The notes: generated by a model not told the origin, from the letters alone. Counted from the stretch's first letter, positions 27,246 through 44,385 are shown. The stretch is DNA of 64,000 bases from Octopus vulgaris (GCA_951406725.2 OX597818.1:114204001-114268000), one strand, 5' to 3'. A program made the numbers and translations.

Positions 27246-27884
27246 AAGGCTATCTCTTTATTTACGCTGCAGTCACTAAGTTAAAGAGAAGAGTTTTTTT
27301 CTTCTTTTTATTACTTTTTTCTGACAGGCAAAAACTAATCAAATATAAAAAGACTAAAAATGACTTGCAAAACTTGATTTTTTTAATTCATTTATTGCTA
27401 AGTTATGACTTACGGTGTTCGCGTCCACCCCTGTCATGTAATTTAATCGGAATTACTGCTCGCCTTGAGGGACTGCTTTCACTAGGATTTACAGCACCTT
27501 TTCTCCTCATATGATTTAATTTCAGGACTTACAACTCTCTTGGACGGGTTGCTAGGATCAGGAGGAATAATGAGAAGGAGGGAAGAGTTAGAGCGATGTG
27601 GGGCGTATCTGAAAGGAAGGACTGAATGAACAGGTTATATGGAAGCGAGGGCAGGGACGAGAAAGGTGTGGTGGAGAACCGAGATAGGGAATGTAAGGAG
27701 CGAGGGTTTCTCTATACATTGAGATCGACTACATTAGTAAGCCACTCATATTATATATGAGTTGAGATACATATACAACCAAGGAGGTGAGCAAACGAGA
27801 AAAATGAACCCCCATGACAATTAGTTGAACCTGTTCCGTATGACTTGAAATTTTATAAGCGTAAATATCCACCTACGTCTATAG

Positions 27885-27981
<97 letters not shown>

Positions 27982-28243
27982 CATGTGTGACACCATGGAT
28001 GGTATTACATTATGCTATAAAATATGCTATGAATAAAGCCGTTTGCGTAACAGAAAATAACTCAATAAAAGAAAAACCGGGTTAATTTAGCAATAAATGA
28101 ATTAAAAAAATCAAGTTTTTGCAAGTCATTTTTAGTCTTTTTATGTTTGATTAGTTTTTGCCTGTCAGAAAAAAGTAATAAAAAGAAGAAAAAAACCCTT
28201 CTCTTTAACTTAGTGACTGCAGCGTAAATAAAGAGATAGCCTT
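27246..28243. repeat. ~155-nt inverted repeats (27246-27401 / 28087-28243) around a ~685-nt spacer
   Basis: AAGGCTATCTCTTTATTTACGCTGCAGTCACTAAG... and its reverse complement, with few mismatches. Confidence 0.85.
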
Positions 28244-28740
28244 GGCGATTTCAAGGTCAAGCCATTGCTTGTTTACCATTCCGATTATCCGGGAGTTTTC
28301 AAAAGAAACAATGTTATGTAGAGTAAATTGCCTGTTATGTGGCGGGCTAATACGAAGGCTTGGGTAACCAGACAATTTTTTATTAAGTGGATTCATGAAG
28401 TTTTTGGTCCGAGTGTTAAAAAATACCTGTAAGAAAAAACTTGTCACTAAAATGCCTTCTCCTGTTAAACAATGCCCCCGTTCATCCTCCGGGTATGGAG
28501 GATCACTTAGTTGAAAAGTTCGATTTTATTCAGATCAAATACTTGCCACCTAACACAACCAATGGACCAATAGGTCATTGCAAACTTTAAGAGACTTTAC
28601 ACAAAAACGCTATTTCGAAAGTGTTTTCATGTCACGAATGACACTCAGTTAATTCTCAGAGAATTTTGGAAAAATCATTTCAATATCCTGAATTGTGTTA
28701 ATCTTATTGATAATACATGGAACCAAGTGAGTTTCAGAGC
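28244..28740 (+). mobile_element. Tigger/pogo-like DDE transposase fragment (pseudogenised)
   Basis: Manual translation gives GDFKVKPLLVYHS...KLPVMWRANTKAWVTRQFF...LLLLNNAP...LPPNT..MDQ.VIANFKRLY with stops. Confidence 0.85.
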
Positions 28741-28814
28741 CATATGTATATATATATGAATATATATATACACACACGTACACACACAGACACACATACA
28801 CTCACACATATATC

Positions 28815-29553
28815 ACTTTCAGTTTGATCACTTTGACCGACCAGTCCGTCAGGCGTCCATTTGACACCGCTGGTCACAGCCCGCTGTCCACTCCTCTCTG
28901 GATCGCACCTTTCTCATCCACGTGATCCCAATCGTCCTCCTGAAATCGTAATTCCACCGTCGTGGAGGTCTTCCGGGTGGTCTTTTCCGCTCACGCGGGT
29001 ACCACTCAACAACTGCGTGCGTCCACCGATTATCGGTGAGCCGGGCGACGTGTCCAGCCCATCTATACTCGCTGCGTGTATACTCTGCGATGACATCTCT
29101 CACGCCGGACTTCTTTCTGGTGATCTTGCTACTTATGTGCTCTCTCAACGAGATACCAAGCATTGACCTTTCCATGGCTCTTTGAGCCGTTACCAGTCTT
29201 TGCTCTTCTCTCTTTGTGGTAACCCATGTTTCACTACCATATAACATTGCAGGCAGAACTGCACTGTTAATGAGGTTGGCGCGGGTGGTCCTGTCCAACC
29301 TTCTCTTGAGCACATCCCTTATGCCATTGAACGCCTTCCATCCGGCCCTTACTCAGTGGAAAGAGTCAAATACCATCCCGCTGTATAAGAAGGGCGACAG
29401 AGAAGATCTAAAGAACTACCGACCCAAATGCCTGCTGTCTCACGTGTACAAGCTGTTCACGAAGATAATTCTGAACAGGTTGTCACGTCGTCTCGACGAA
29501 CAACAACCGAGGGAGCAAGCAGGCTTCCGGAAGAACTACAGCACAATGGACCA
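28815..29553 (-). mobile_element. RTE-clade LINE, 5'-truncated with 5' inversion
   Basis: Minus strand carries the C-terminus ([31 protein letters not shown]). 29353-29553 on plus encodes the RT N-part ([13 protein letters not shown]...[14 protein letters not shown]). Confidence 0.9.
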
Positions 29554-29576
29554 CACACACACACACACACACACAC

Positions 29577-29633
<57 letters not shown>

Positions 29634-29651
29634 CATACATACATACATACA

Positions 29652-29739
<88 letters not shown>

Positions 29740-30690
29740 TGTATATTATGATGGATTCTTCCACCGTTAGACGACATTTGAGGGATCGACAATTTCTTAT
29801 AGCGATCACACGTTTGTGTACACATAAACTCACTCCCTCCATCAAATCGACTTTACCTTTACAGGTGCAAAGGGTGCCACATGTCAGATGACGAAATGAT
29901 CGCAGAGAAATGTGAAATGAAGTGTCTTGCTCAAGAACACAACACCCCGTCTGAGAATCGAACCTACGGTCTCGAAATCGTGTGTCTAACACCTTAACCG
30001 CTGAGCTTTCTATGAGCCATACGCCTTTATCCTTAATCATTTACTTGCTTCAGTCATCAAACTGTGGCCATGCTAGGGTACCGCCTTAAAGAATGTTTAG
30101 TCGAATGAATCGACCACAGATTTTGTTTCCTTTTTTTTGACAATGGTACTTATTCGATCGAATTCTTTTGCCGAACCGCTAAGATACGGAGATATAAACA
30201 CAACAACAGTTGTCAAACGGTGATGGGGCAAAGACAGACACAAACACACGCTCACACACATACGACGTTCTTCTTTCAATTTCCGTCTATTAAGACCATT
30301 CACAAGTCTTTTTGGAGGCTATAGTAGAAGACATTTACCCAAGAGTAACCATGAGAATGGTTATCACACAGTCACGCCTGCGCCTGCGTTTGTCTCTTCT
30401 GTTTATTACAGGTATTTGTTAATCGACGTGTTCCTCGATACATCGCTAACATATTAACTACTAGCAATGACGTAATTCATCATTCTCCTTGATGGTTCAG
30501 TGTATTCTCGTTGCTAATGGTGTCCTTGTGTAGTTTCAAAACGGTTTCATTTTGATTGGCACACAACCTCGCACACGCACCCATAATTCTGCATTACGTG
30601 TCTGTCTTTACGTGCTGTGAATGTGTAAATAAGAGAGGGCATCTGTGTATGCATGTGTGTATGTATGTCATTATTCAGTTTATTTCAAGA

Positions 30691-31135
30691 TAGGCGCAGG
30701 AGTGACTGTGTGGTAAGTAGCTTGCTAACCAACCACATGGTTCCGGGTTCAGTCCCACTGCGTGGCATCTTGGGCAAGTGTCTTCTGCTATAGCCCCGGA
30801 CCGACCAATGCCTTGTGAGTGGATTTGGTAGACGGAAACTGAAAGAAGCCTGTCGTATATATGTATATATATATGTGTGTGTATGTATATATGTATATAT
30901 ATATATGTGTGTGTATGTGTTTGTGTGTCTGTGTTTGTCCCCCTAGTATTGCCTGACAACCGATGCTGGTGTGTTTACGTCCCCGTCACTTAGCGGTTCG
31001 GCAAAAGAGACCGATAGAATAAGTACTAGGCTTACAAAGAATAAGTTCCGGGGTCGATTTGATCAACTAAAGCCGGTGCTCCAGCATGGCCGCAGTCAAA
31101 TGACTGAAACAAGTAAAAGAGTAAAATAAAAGAGT
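30691..31135 (+). mobile_element. SINE family B (AGGCGCAGGAGTG head, central microsatellite), full length
   Basis: tRNA-like head with GGTTCAGTCCC, internal (TA/TG)n and tail GCGGTGCTCCAGCATGGCCGCAGTCAAATGACTGAAACAAG. Many copies in the window. Confidence 0.85.
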
Positions 31136-31264
31136 ATTTGTTGCCAATAAAGAAAGAACCGATTTCTAACCTAGATCCAAGGTTCCTTCAACGGTATGTA
31201 TGTATGTATGTATGTATGTATGTATGTATGTATGTATGTATGTATGTATGTATGTATGTATGTA

Positions 31265-31625
31265 TTTGCAGATTTGTATGTTTTATGTGTGCATTCTCAA
31301 GCATACAGTTGCATGTCTAGATATACACATATATACTTAAATGATAGACTTCTGAAAAGTTTTACAGTTCCTGTTATAGCTTGGATCTGTTGTCTTCGAA
31401 TCAGCCTTCTCCTTTCTGGTTTTGAGAAGCTTAATTTCTCAAGATTGGTTTCCAATAATTACAGGTATAAACCTGAACTTGTAATCTGCATAGAGTAACT
31501 GCAGATTTCTCAATAGTTCAGCATAGGTATACTCTTTTTCATTGATCTTCAGCTTTTTGTTAACATCCGTTGTGCACAGTTTCCCTTCTTATCCCTAATC
31601 ATTATATCTGGTCTGTTGTGCTTAC
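31265..31625 (-). mobile_element. REL-endonuclease LINE 3' fragment flanked by (TATG)n
   Basis: Minus strand encodes KHNRPDIMIRDKKG...EKEYTYAELLRNLQLLYADYKFRFIPVIIG. (TATG)n lies at ~31195-31262 and ~31628-31700. Confidence 0.7.
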
Positions 31626-31704
31626 ATTATGTATGTATGTATGTATGTATGTATGTATGTATGTATGTATGTATGTATGTATGTATGTATGTATGTATGT
31701 AGGT

Positions 31705-32012
31705 ATGATGCTCACACATTCCTGAACTTGCAACGCATATTAACACTGGACACCTTGTCCTGGCTTGTCACTGAATCGTGTCAATAAGGTGGAGAGGGTC
31801 TGTGAAGTGCTGTCCAAGCCTTAACGGACCTGAAATTTCAGATTGTGCAATCGTCGGCGAGGAGGGGTACGCGACGGGCAAGGAAGCCGCGGACCCGGGA
31901 GAAGCCGACTGCTGGTGCAATAACCACATGCACGGGAATTGCTGGCATTTTGCATGGACAATGGTCAGTGATAGTTTTCCTCGGTCACGTGTGGACAGCC
32001 ATCATCATCATC
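31705..32012 (+). mobile_element. Probable degenerate RTE-type LINE 3' end
   Basis: GC-richer segment with a weak W..LA.NR..WR-like remnant, ending in a (CAT)n tail. Confidence 0.4.
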
Positions 32013-32397
32013 ATGTATATGTTTGCTTGTTTGTGTGTATGTGCGTGTGTGTGTGTTTGTATGTATGTATTTGTGTGTGTGTATGCGTGCGTGCGCGTAA
32101 GTGTGTGTGTATGTGTGTGTGAGTGTGTTTGCGTATGTGTGTGAGTTGGTTTGTATGAAGAGCTAGAATCTTAGGTGCAGTTGAATGACTCTTCTAAAAT
32201 CATGTTCCATTTTAAGTGTGTCTCTGCAATACGTGGCTGTCATGACTCTTTAAACGGTCTGTGGGTTTATATTATTTTATTGTTAAGGAGCAATGACATA
32301 TGTATAAAACATGACAATGTCTGAAAGGTGAAAACTATTTCATGTAGGTGTATTTGTATGTATGACACGCACGCATATAAAGCCTGAGCGTACACAA

Positions 32398-32443
<46 letters not shown>

Positions 32444-32985
32444 GTGTGTATATATGCGCAACAACGACCACACAAGCACAAAAGTGTAAGCATTCACAAT
32501 AATATTATTCATGTATTTTTATTATCACCTATAAGGTGTCGACCTGTCAGAAACGTTGACGCTCCTTGCAAAATGTTTAGTCACTTCTTGTCCGCCTTTG
32601 AGTTCAAATTCCCCCACTGTCGATGTTTTGCTATTCGATCTTTCGAGACTAACGAAATTACGTACCCCACCATCCTCCAACATGTCAGGACATTTTGCCT
32701 ATATTAGATTGGATTATTTATCATCAAATAAATCCATTATATTTTTAAGTGTGAAAATTCGACATTCCTATGTAACCAATTACACGAATACAAACACATG
32801 TGTACATAATTATTATGATTATATAAGCGTAGTTAAGAAAATTCTTACTTGGGCAAGAAATGAGAAAGAGAGAACGAAATTAAAAAGGGACTTTCAGATA
32901 TCACATACACTTTACCTGCGCCCATGCTGGGGCGCCATCTTGAATGGTTTTAGTTAAATGAATTAGCCTCGGTACATATTATTAC

Positions 32986-33045
<60 letters not shown>

Positions 33046-33046
<1 letters not shown>

Positions 33047-33185
33047 GCCTTTGCACAGCTTCTAACGCTGGAGATGTACTACAATGTCAGCTGTTCACTA
33101 CCATTGAACTAAGATAACATCTCTTAGTTTTGAGCACCTTCCAGAGTATTCGAGCGGTTCCAAGCAGTGCTGTTTTCTGCAAGTG
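33046..33185 (-). mobile_element. R4/Dong-like LINE extreme 3' end
   Basis: Reverse complement matches 36385-36500 (LLGTARI.RKVL plus 3'UTR ...AGAAGCTGTGCAAAGGC) and abuts (ATT)n. Confidence 0.85.
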
Positions 33186-33859
33186 TTCCACCCTTATTGC
33201 AGCCCCTATTTCTTCCACTTAAGCACGAGCACAAAGGTACACATACACATAGGCAAATGCACACACATTTCTATAGACATACGTATTCATACAGATACAA
33301 ATACACACACACACACATATTATGGTGCTCGAAAAATAAGAGATGTTACCTTAGTTCACTGCAAGTGAATAGCTGCAACAACAACAACAACAACAATAAT
33401 AATAATGATTCCATTTATTTGCCAGTAGGGCGAAGAATGGGGTGGGGACAATACGAAGACAGACATAAAGCGTGGGGGTTTACATATAAAGGAATGATAA
33501 AAAGATGGAAAGAAAGAAAGAAAGAAATTAAGTATATAGTGAAAAGGGGGGGACATATGCATAGCATACAAAGGTTTAAAAAATGAGTGGCGGGAAGGAT
33601 AACAGAGATGTGGTCCTCATGATATAGGAAAGCCTCTAGGGATATTCGAAGAACCTCACTGTCCGAGACTTCTTTGAATCCCCAAGAGCAAGTACCCTCT
33701 CCATTTCCTTCTCTCCGACTCACAGGTCTACACTTAGAGAGGTACCATCAGCTCTTGCCATTTTCGGAATTTTCACCCAACTTTTAATAAACTCACTCGA
33801 GGACAGCACTTTCCTCTCCACACTCAATTTCCTTTTCAAGTAAAACTTCAAGAAGTCAT

Positions 33860-34255
33860 TGGCAGAAACGTTAGCACGCCGGATGAAATGCCTAGCCGTA
33901 TTTCGTCTGCCGTTACGTTCTGAGTTCAAATTCCGCCGAGGTCGACTTTGCCTTTCAACCTTTCGGGGTCGATTAAATAAGTACCAGTTACGCACTGGGG
34001 TCGATATAATCGACTTAATCAGTTTGTCTGTCCTTGTTTGTCCTCTCTATGTTTAGCCCCTTGTGGGTAGTAAAGAAATAGAAATAGGTATTTCGTCTGT
34101 CTTTACGTTCTGAGTTCAAATTCCGCCGAGGTCGACTTTGCTTTTCCTCCTTTCGGGGTCGATAAATTAAGTACCAGTTACGTACTGGGGTCGATGTAAT
34201 CGACTTCCCCTCCAACCAAAAGAAATTTCGGACCTTGCGCCTAAAGTAGAAAATA
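33860..34255 (+). mobile_element. SINE family A, dimer
   Basis: Same two-unit structure as 47915-48310. Confidence 0.8.
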
Positions 34256-35614
34256 ATAATAATTGTCTCTAATTTAAACACAAATCCGGCAGTTTTGAAG
34301 GAAGTTAAACGATATCATCGATTCCAGTATTTTAAAAATATAAACCTGTTGTAACCCCGTCTCACAAAAACAAACAATGGGAAAGGCTTGTTGGGAATAA
34401 ACCAGCACAAAAAACAGTCGGGTAACAAAATAGGACAAAGCAAAGTTACTTGCGGCAAGGAGTCTAGGGAAAAGGATTGGTTAGTAGAGAAAAGATACTT
34501 CCCAGGTGAGTCAAAAGAAATACATAACATCATCGGCAACAAGGCCAGTCCTTCATGATGTTTCGTAAAGTAAGATTTCATGACCTAATAACTTTACCCA
34601 ACCTATTGAATTGTCTGTTTTGTTATGAACAAAGAGTTATTTATAGTTAGGTATGAGAGAATTCTTTGTTAGAAAGTCGAATAAAAAATACCTTGTAGTA
34701 TTTCATCCGGATGTTGATACCCTGAGTTCAAACCCTACCTGGATCATCATTGTCTTCCACCAATCTGGCACCAATAAAATAATAAAACACCAGTCCAAGC
34801 CAGAAGTTCAAAACATTGGACGAATTTCTTTTTCATGTTTTTCCATCAGTTTATATACCCAGTAGGCGTGGCAAACTTGTCATCTGTATCTTGATGATAT
34901 GACGGCGACTTGAAACAGAATTAAAAAGAAATTACCTGAACGAAAAGGCTACGAGAAACGCATAAAAATTCCATAGCAATTGTGAAAGAGGTAACCAGAT
35001 TTTGTTCATTGTGAAGATTTTGGGTCCAAGGACAGCTATCTTAAAGGAAGAGTTTAGTCGACAGCATTGACCAAATCCCAGTATAAGATTGGTGTTTTAT
35101 TTTATAGATCCCCGAAATCATGACGGTAAACTTGATTTCGGTAGGAACGAAAATAAAAACATATCGAAACAAGCACCGCAAAACAATTTTTCCAGCGTTC
35201 ACACTGTTTCACCAGCTTTCTGCCGTTGAAGCAAGAATAAAAATAAATCATTTCTACATGAGGCACAAGATCTGAAATTCTGGAAAAAATATTCAGTCGA
35301 TTACGTCGACCCTAGTGCTCAACTGGTACTTATTTTATCGACACCGAAAGGAAGAAAGGCAAAGCCGACCTCGGCGGAATTTGAACTCAGGACGTAAAGA
35401 CTGACGAAATGCCGCTAAGCAATTTTCCCGACGTGCTAACGATTCTGCCGGCTCGCCTAATAATCCTCTCTACTATACCCACAAGGCCTGAAATTTGGGG
35501 GAGGGGTAAGTCGATTACATTGACACCCAGTGTTTTACTGGTACTTAATTTATCGACCCCGAAAAGATGAAAGGCAAAGTTGACCTCGGCGGCAGCTAAC
35601 CTATTAATAATAAC

Positions 35615-35700
<86 letters not shown>

Positions 35701-35809
35701 TAATAATAATAATGATAATAATAATAACAAGCTGGCTCTGGGTGAGACTTGAAGTCAGCTTGTGCAAATGTAAAGCAAAAGTCAAACATAGAATAATAAT
35801 AATAATAAT

Positions 35810-36498
35810 GTAAATGATAAGTGCATAAAGCGATAAGTGCAGAATCTGTGGACAAAATAAGAAAGAGATAAGTGCAGAATCTATGGACAAAACGATGAAA
35901 CTGTATGGTATATTACCAGCCAATGTACGCCACTAGCCCAGAAGGAATATAAGAGACGACACGACAATATAGCCAGGCTTGTCCATTGGACAGTTTGCAA
36001 CAAATATGGACTTGACAGAGCAAAAAATTGGTACGACCACAAACCTGAAGGCATCGTCGAAAATGGAAAGGCAAAGATCCTATGGGATTTTATGATTCAG
36101 TGCAACCATGAGATAGAAAATAGGAAGCCGGACATAGTCTTAATTGAGAAAGAAAGCAAACTATGCTGTATCATAGATATAGCATGCGCAGCTGACAACA
36201 AGGTATGTGATAAGGAAGAAAGAAAAGTTGAGAGATATGACAGGTTAGCTTGGGAAGTTAAGCAGTTGTAGTCGATGAAAGAGGTAGTAGTAGTAGTACC
36301 AATAATTGTCGGAGCCCTGGTAAGAGTGAGCAAAAATCTCGAGAAGTACGTGGAACAAATATGGGCAGCAATAAGGGTGGAGTACTTGCAGGAAGCAGCA
36401 CTGCTTGGAACCGCTCGAATATTCCGGAAGGTGCTCGAAAAATAAGAGTGAACAGCTGACACTGTAGTACGTCTCCAGCGTTAGAAGCTGTGCAAGGC

Positions 36499-36500
<2 letters not shown>
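35810..36500 (+). mobile_element. R4/Dong-like LINE 3' part (CCHC + REL), degenerate
   Basis: Encodes KCRICG, EYKRRHDNIA, ENRKPDIV, VPIIVGALV, LLGTARIFRKVL. (AAT)n on both sides. Confidence 0.88.
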
Positions 36501-36570
<70 letters not shown>

Positions 36571-36579
36571 TATAATAAT

Positions 36580-37106
36580 AACATGGCTTCTGATCTTAAC
36601 TGATTGGAAGTGTTATCATGTACATTGTTTTGTCTTCGTATAAAAGATGGGCTACAGCAAATATTCTGCTCAATACCACAGATTTGCTTGTCAATTGTTT
36701 GACCTTAACCAGTTGAGCATATCCCTTAGTGGCTGACGATATGTGCATCTCTGATCACGAGCAGAAGTATTTGGGGAGCATCATAGCCATGTGTTGAGAG
36801 GGATTCTTTGGGGTTTGAATAATTCACCTCTGGAAACATGGGTGGTTCTTTCAACATCCTTAAACAACCCTTATTCAGGGACCTTTTGAGCGGGATGGGC
36901 TACTCAACCTGAAGAAAATTCTAACTGGGCCCCACCTGCAAGGTCATGTGCTGTTTATCTTGATATGAGATCACCATGTCGTGCACATATGGTTGTGATG
37001 CATGTGCCTGGTGTACCCTTATCAGACGGGTAGTCATGATGGGTATATTGGGCTTCGTATATTTTACCCCAGTGTCACTTTGATGGCATGCACTGCTCTC
37101 TCACTC

Positions 37107-37107
<1 letters not shown>
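36580..37107 (+). mobile_element. Non-coding ~550-nt (AAT)n-embedded repeat, copy 1
   Basis: Near-identical to 37500-37893 and 44211-44385. No ORF. Bounded by (AAT)n. Confidence 0.75.
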
Positions 37108-37174
<67 letters not shown>

Positions 37175-37193
37175 TAATAATAATAACAATAAT

Positions 37194-37224
<31 letters not shown>

Positions 37225-37270
37225 TATTATTATTATTATTATTATTATTGCAAAGGCAATAATAATAATG

Positions 37271-37378
<108 letters not shown>

Positions 37379-37413
37379 GCAAAGGCAATAATAATAATGA
37401 TAATAATAATAAT

Positions 37414-37498
<85 letters not shown>

Positions 37499-37499
37499 G

Positions 37500-37893
37500 T
37501 AAATGCCCTGATGCAGTACCAGGAAGTGGCTCTCATGGCTTCTGATCTTAACTGATTGGAAGTGTTATCATGTACATTGTTTTGTCTTGGTATAAAAGAT
37601 GGGCTACAGCAAGTTTTCTGCTCAATACCACAGATTTGCTTGTCAGTTGTTTGACCTTAACCAGTTGAGCATGTCCCTTAGTGGCTGACGATATGTGCAT
37701 CTCTGATCACGAGCAGAAGTATTTGGGGAGCATCATAGCCATGTATTGAGAGGGATTCTCTGGGGTTTGAATAATTCACCTCTGGAAACATGGGTGTTTC
37801 GTTCAACATCCTTAAACAACCTTTATTCAGGGACCTTTTGAGTAGGATGGGTTACTCGACCAGAAGAAAATTCTAACTGGGCTCCATCTGCAA
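37500..37893 (+). mobile_element. Non-coding (AAT)n-embedded repeat, copy 2
   Basis: Starts AAATGCCCTGATGCAGTACCAGG directly after (AAT)n and is truncated by a SINE A fragment. Confidence 0.75.
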
Positions 37894-37965
37894 ATGTTTC
37901 ACTGGTACTTAATTTATCGACAACGAAAGGATGAAAGGCAAAGTTAACCCTGATGGCAGCTCGCC

Positions 37966-38016
<51 letters not shown>

Positions 38017-38018
<2 letters not shown>

Positions 38019-38725
38019 GGCACGATAGAGCTGCACAATATATTCACTGGGTAATCTGTAAAAACCTGGATTTGCCCCATGAAAAAAACTGGTGGGAACA
38101 CAAACCACCCCCAGTGCTTGAAAATGACCACATCTCACTCCTCTGGAACTTCACCATTCAAACTGACAGGAAGATAGATGCAAATAGGCCAGACATCATA
38201 TTGAAAAACTTCAAACAAAGAACATGCCTCCTCATTGATATGACTGTCCCAATCGATATAAACGTATCTGTCAAGACCTACCAAAAACTGAGCAAATATA
38301 AAGATCTTGAAATAGAAATCAGCAAAATGTGGAAGCTGAAGACTAAAACAATACCTGTTGTCATAGGTGCCCTGGGAATGATAGCAAAAGGGGCTGATAG
38401 CTACCTAACTCAGATACCAGGAAACCCAAACATGGCAGAAGTTCAAAAGATAGTGCTCATGGGAACTGCTCATATCCTACGCAAAATACTCTCTATGTAA
38501 TCTCAAGGTTTAAAACAAACATAATTTTCGGTTTAAAAAAAAAAAAAAAAAAAAAAACTTTTTTTTTTTTCTTTTTAGACATTCATTAGTACAACATCCC
38601 CACCCCCCAAATATATGGCACACTAGGCATAACAACAACATGAACTTCCAACCCTGTTGTCTCTTGAGGTCTCTGGGTGAGACTTGGAGCCAACTTGTAC
38701 AAATATAAAGCAAAAGTCAAACATA

Positions 38726-38727
<2 letters not shown>
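38017..38727 (+). mobile_element. R4/Dong-like LINE 3' part
   Basis: RHDRAAQYIHW...ANRPDII...IDMTVP...KLSKYKDL...LMGTAHILRKILSM, then a 3'UTR and (AAT)n. Confidence 0.92.
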
Positions 38728-38771
<44 letters not shown>

Positions 38772-38774
38772 TAC

Positions 38775-40720
<1,946 letters not shown>

Positions 40721-40740
40721 TAATAATAATAATAATAATA

Positions 40741-42305
<1,565 letters not shown>

Positions 42306-43251
42306 GACATTCTTTTCTACTCTAGGCAGAAGGCCCGAAATTTTGGGTAAGGGGGCGATCGATTAAACCGACTCCAGTATGCAACTAGTGCTTAATTTAT
42401 TGACCCCGAAAGGATGAAAATTATTATTAGGCAGCTTGCCTAATAACAACAAGTTGAAATATTTCTTTATCATTCATAGACCTTGTTATACAACCACTGA
42501 AAATATTGCCCTTCACACGTCCTATTATAGGTAGTAGTGCAGCTTTTCATATCACTCGTGATTGTCTGCAATAAAAAGTAGCTATGGATTGTATGGTGGT
42601 AGTACATAGCATTATGATTAAAAAGAAACCTGGTGAATAGCCTCAAATAATTTCAAGCATGAAGCTACTCGGTTAGGTAGTAACTTGTTTCTAAACAACA
42701 GAAATAATACACAGCTATAGAGCGTTTACGTTGTTCAACCTAGATCCGACAAATATACTTGAGGTCACGCACTACTGACTGAAATGCGTTGCACACTTTG
42801 GATAATGTAGGCCTAGATCTGTGGCTTGTGAGCAGTGTATTAAAGCGACATCTATCTTTTAGTTGTGACAGTCATTAGACAGCGGCCATGTTAGGGCACC
42901 GCCTTCAAGAGTTTTTAGTCGAATGAATAGATCCTACTTCTTCCTAAGTAATAAAATAACCTGTATCTATTCTCCATAGCTAAATATTATGAAGAGTCTA
43001 TAAATAGTAAAACACTTGCCAAGCCAATGGTGGTAACCTCTACTTGGTCAAGGGATTTGCTAAAAGTAGCCACCTAATTTCCTTCAAATCGCAACCTGTC
43101 GTCGTAAAAGAGAAGGCTTCATTGGAAAATGTAATCCTAGATAAATATCTGAATAATAAGCAATAAGTAGGGTAATAAAAATGACAAGCAAGATATATTT
43201 GCAATATTACGAATTAGAGAAAATGTCGGCAACTTCGAATCTAAATACTTA

Positions 43252-43326
<75 letters not shown>

Positions 43327-43548
43327 AATAATAATAATGGTCTCAAATTTTGTCACAAGGGCAGCAATTTTGGGGCAGGGGATGAATCGATTACATCGGC
43401 TCCAGTGTTCAACTGGTCCTTATTTTATCGACCCTAAAAGGATGAAAGGCAAAGTTGACCTCGGCGGAATTTGAACTCAGAACGTAGCGACGGTCGAAAT
43501 ACTGCTAAGCATTTCGTCCAGCACGCTAACGATTCTGCAAGCTCGCGG

Positions 43549-43644
<96 letters not shown>

Positions 43645-43651
43645 TAATAAT

Positions 43652-44145
43652 ACAAAGCCAATAAACCGGATATTGTTGTGAAAGACCAAAACAATAAAGT
43701 TTGCTTATTGATCGTCATGAGTATCCCCTGTGATCATAATACCTCGGCAAAAGAGTTTGACAAGCTCAGAAAATATAAAGACCTGCTCATTGAAATTGAG
43801 AAAATGTGGCATCTCAAGGCGGTTACAGTACCAGTGATCGTAGGAGCACTAGGAATGATCAAGAAGGGAACCGAAAATTACATGAGAATGATCCCTGGCT
43901 TACCGTCCCTGCAAGAAGTGCAAAAGATTGTCTTAACTGGTACATCACACGTATTGAGAAGAGCATTGTCGATGTTAGAACTATTACTACCCATGTATTT
44001 TAATTTAACTTAAAAACAAAAATGAACGAACTAGTGAGTTTAGTTTAATGGCCTACCAATGTATACTAAGAGTTTCTTTGCCCTAGGAGTCGGGAAGACA
44101 CTCGGCAAGAAATGGAAGCAAATTTGATAGAAGAGGAAAAAAAAG

Positions 44146-44147
<2 letters not shown>
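43652..44147 (+). mobile_element. Short 5'-truncated copy of the 40741-42150 subfamily
   Basis: Near-identical to 41646-42150. (AAT)n flanks. Confidence 0.92.
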
Positions 44148-44210
<63 letters not shown>

Positions 44211-44214
<4 letters not shown>

Positions 44215-44385
44215 GCCCTGATGCAGTACCAGGCAGTGGCTCTCGTGGCTTCTGATTTCAACTGATTGGAAGTGGTACGCACATGTTTTATCTTGGCATA
44301 AATGATGGGCTTCAGTAAATATTCTGCTCAATACCACAGATTTGCTTGTCAGTTGTTTGACCTTAACCAGTTGGTCATGTCCCTT
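44211..44385 (+). mobile_element. Non-coding (AAT)n-embedded repeat, copy 3 (partial)
   Basis: Same AAATGCCCTGATGCAGTACCAGGCAGTGGCTCTC start as 37500. Confidence 0.7.

Noticed and set aside
25980-27800. Possible decayed Penelope RT pieces (YYSQI*GTA-like) and 125-aa ORF 26526-26903
   Set aside because: Similarity is too weak to support by eye.
30390-30540. Plus-strand acceptor TTGTCTCTTCTGTTTATTACAG and possible exon
   Set aside because: All frames close quickly and no convincing donor follows.
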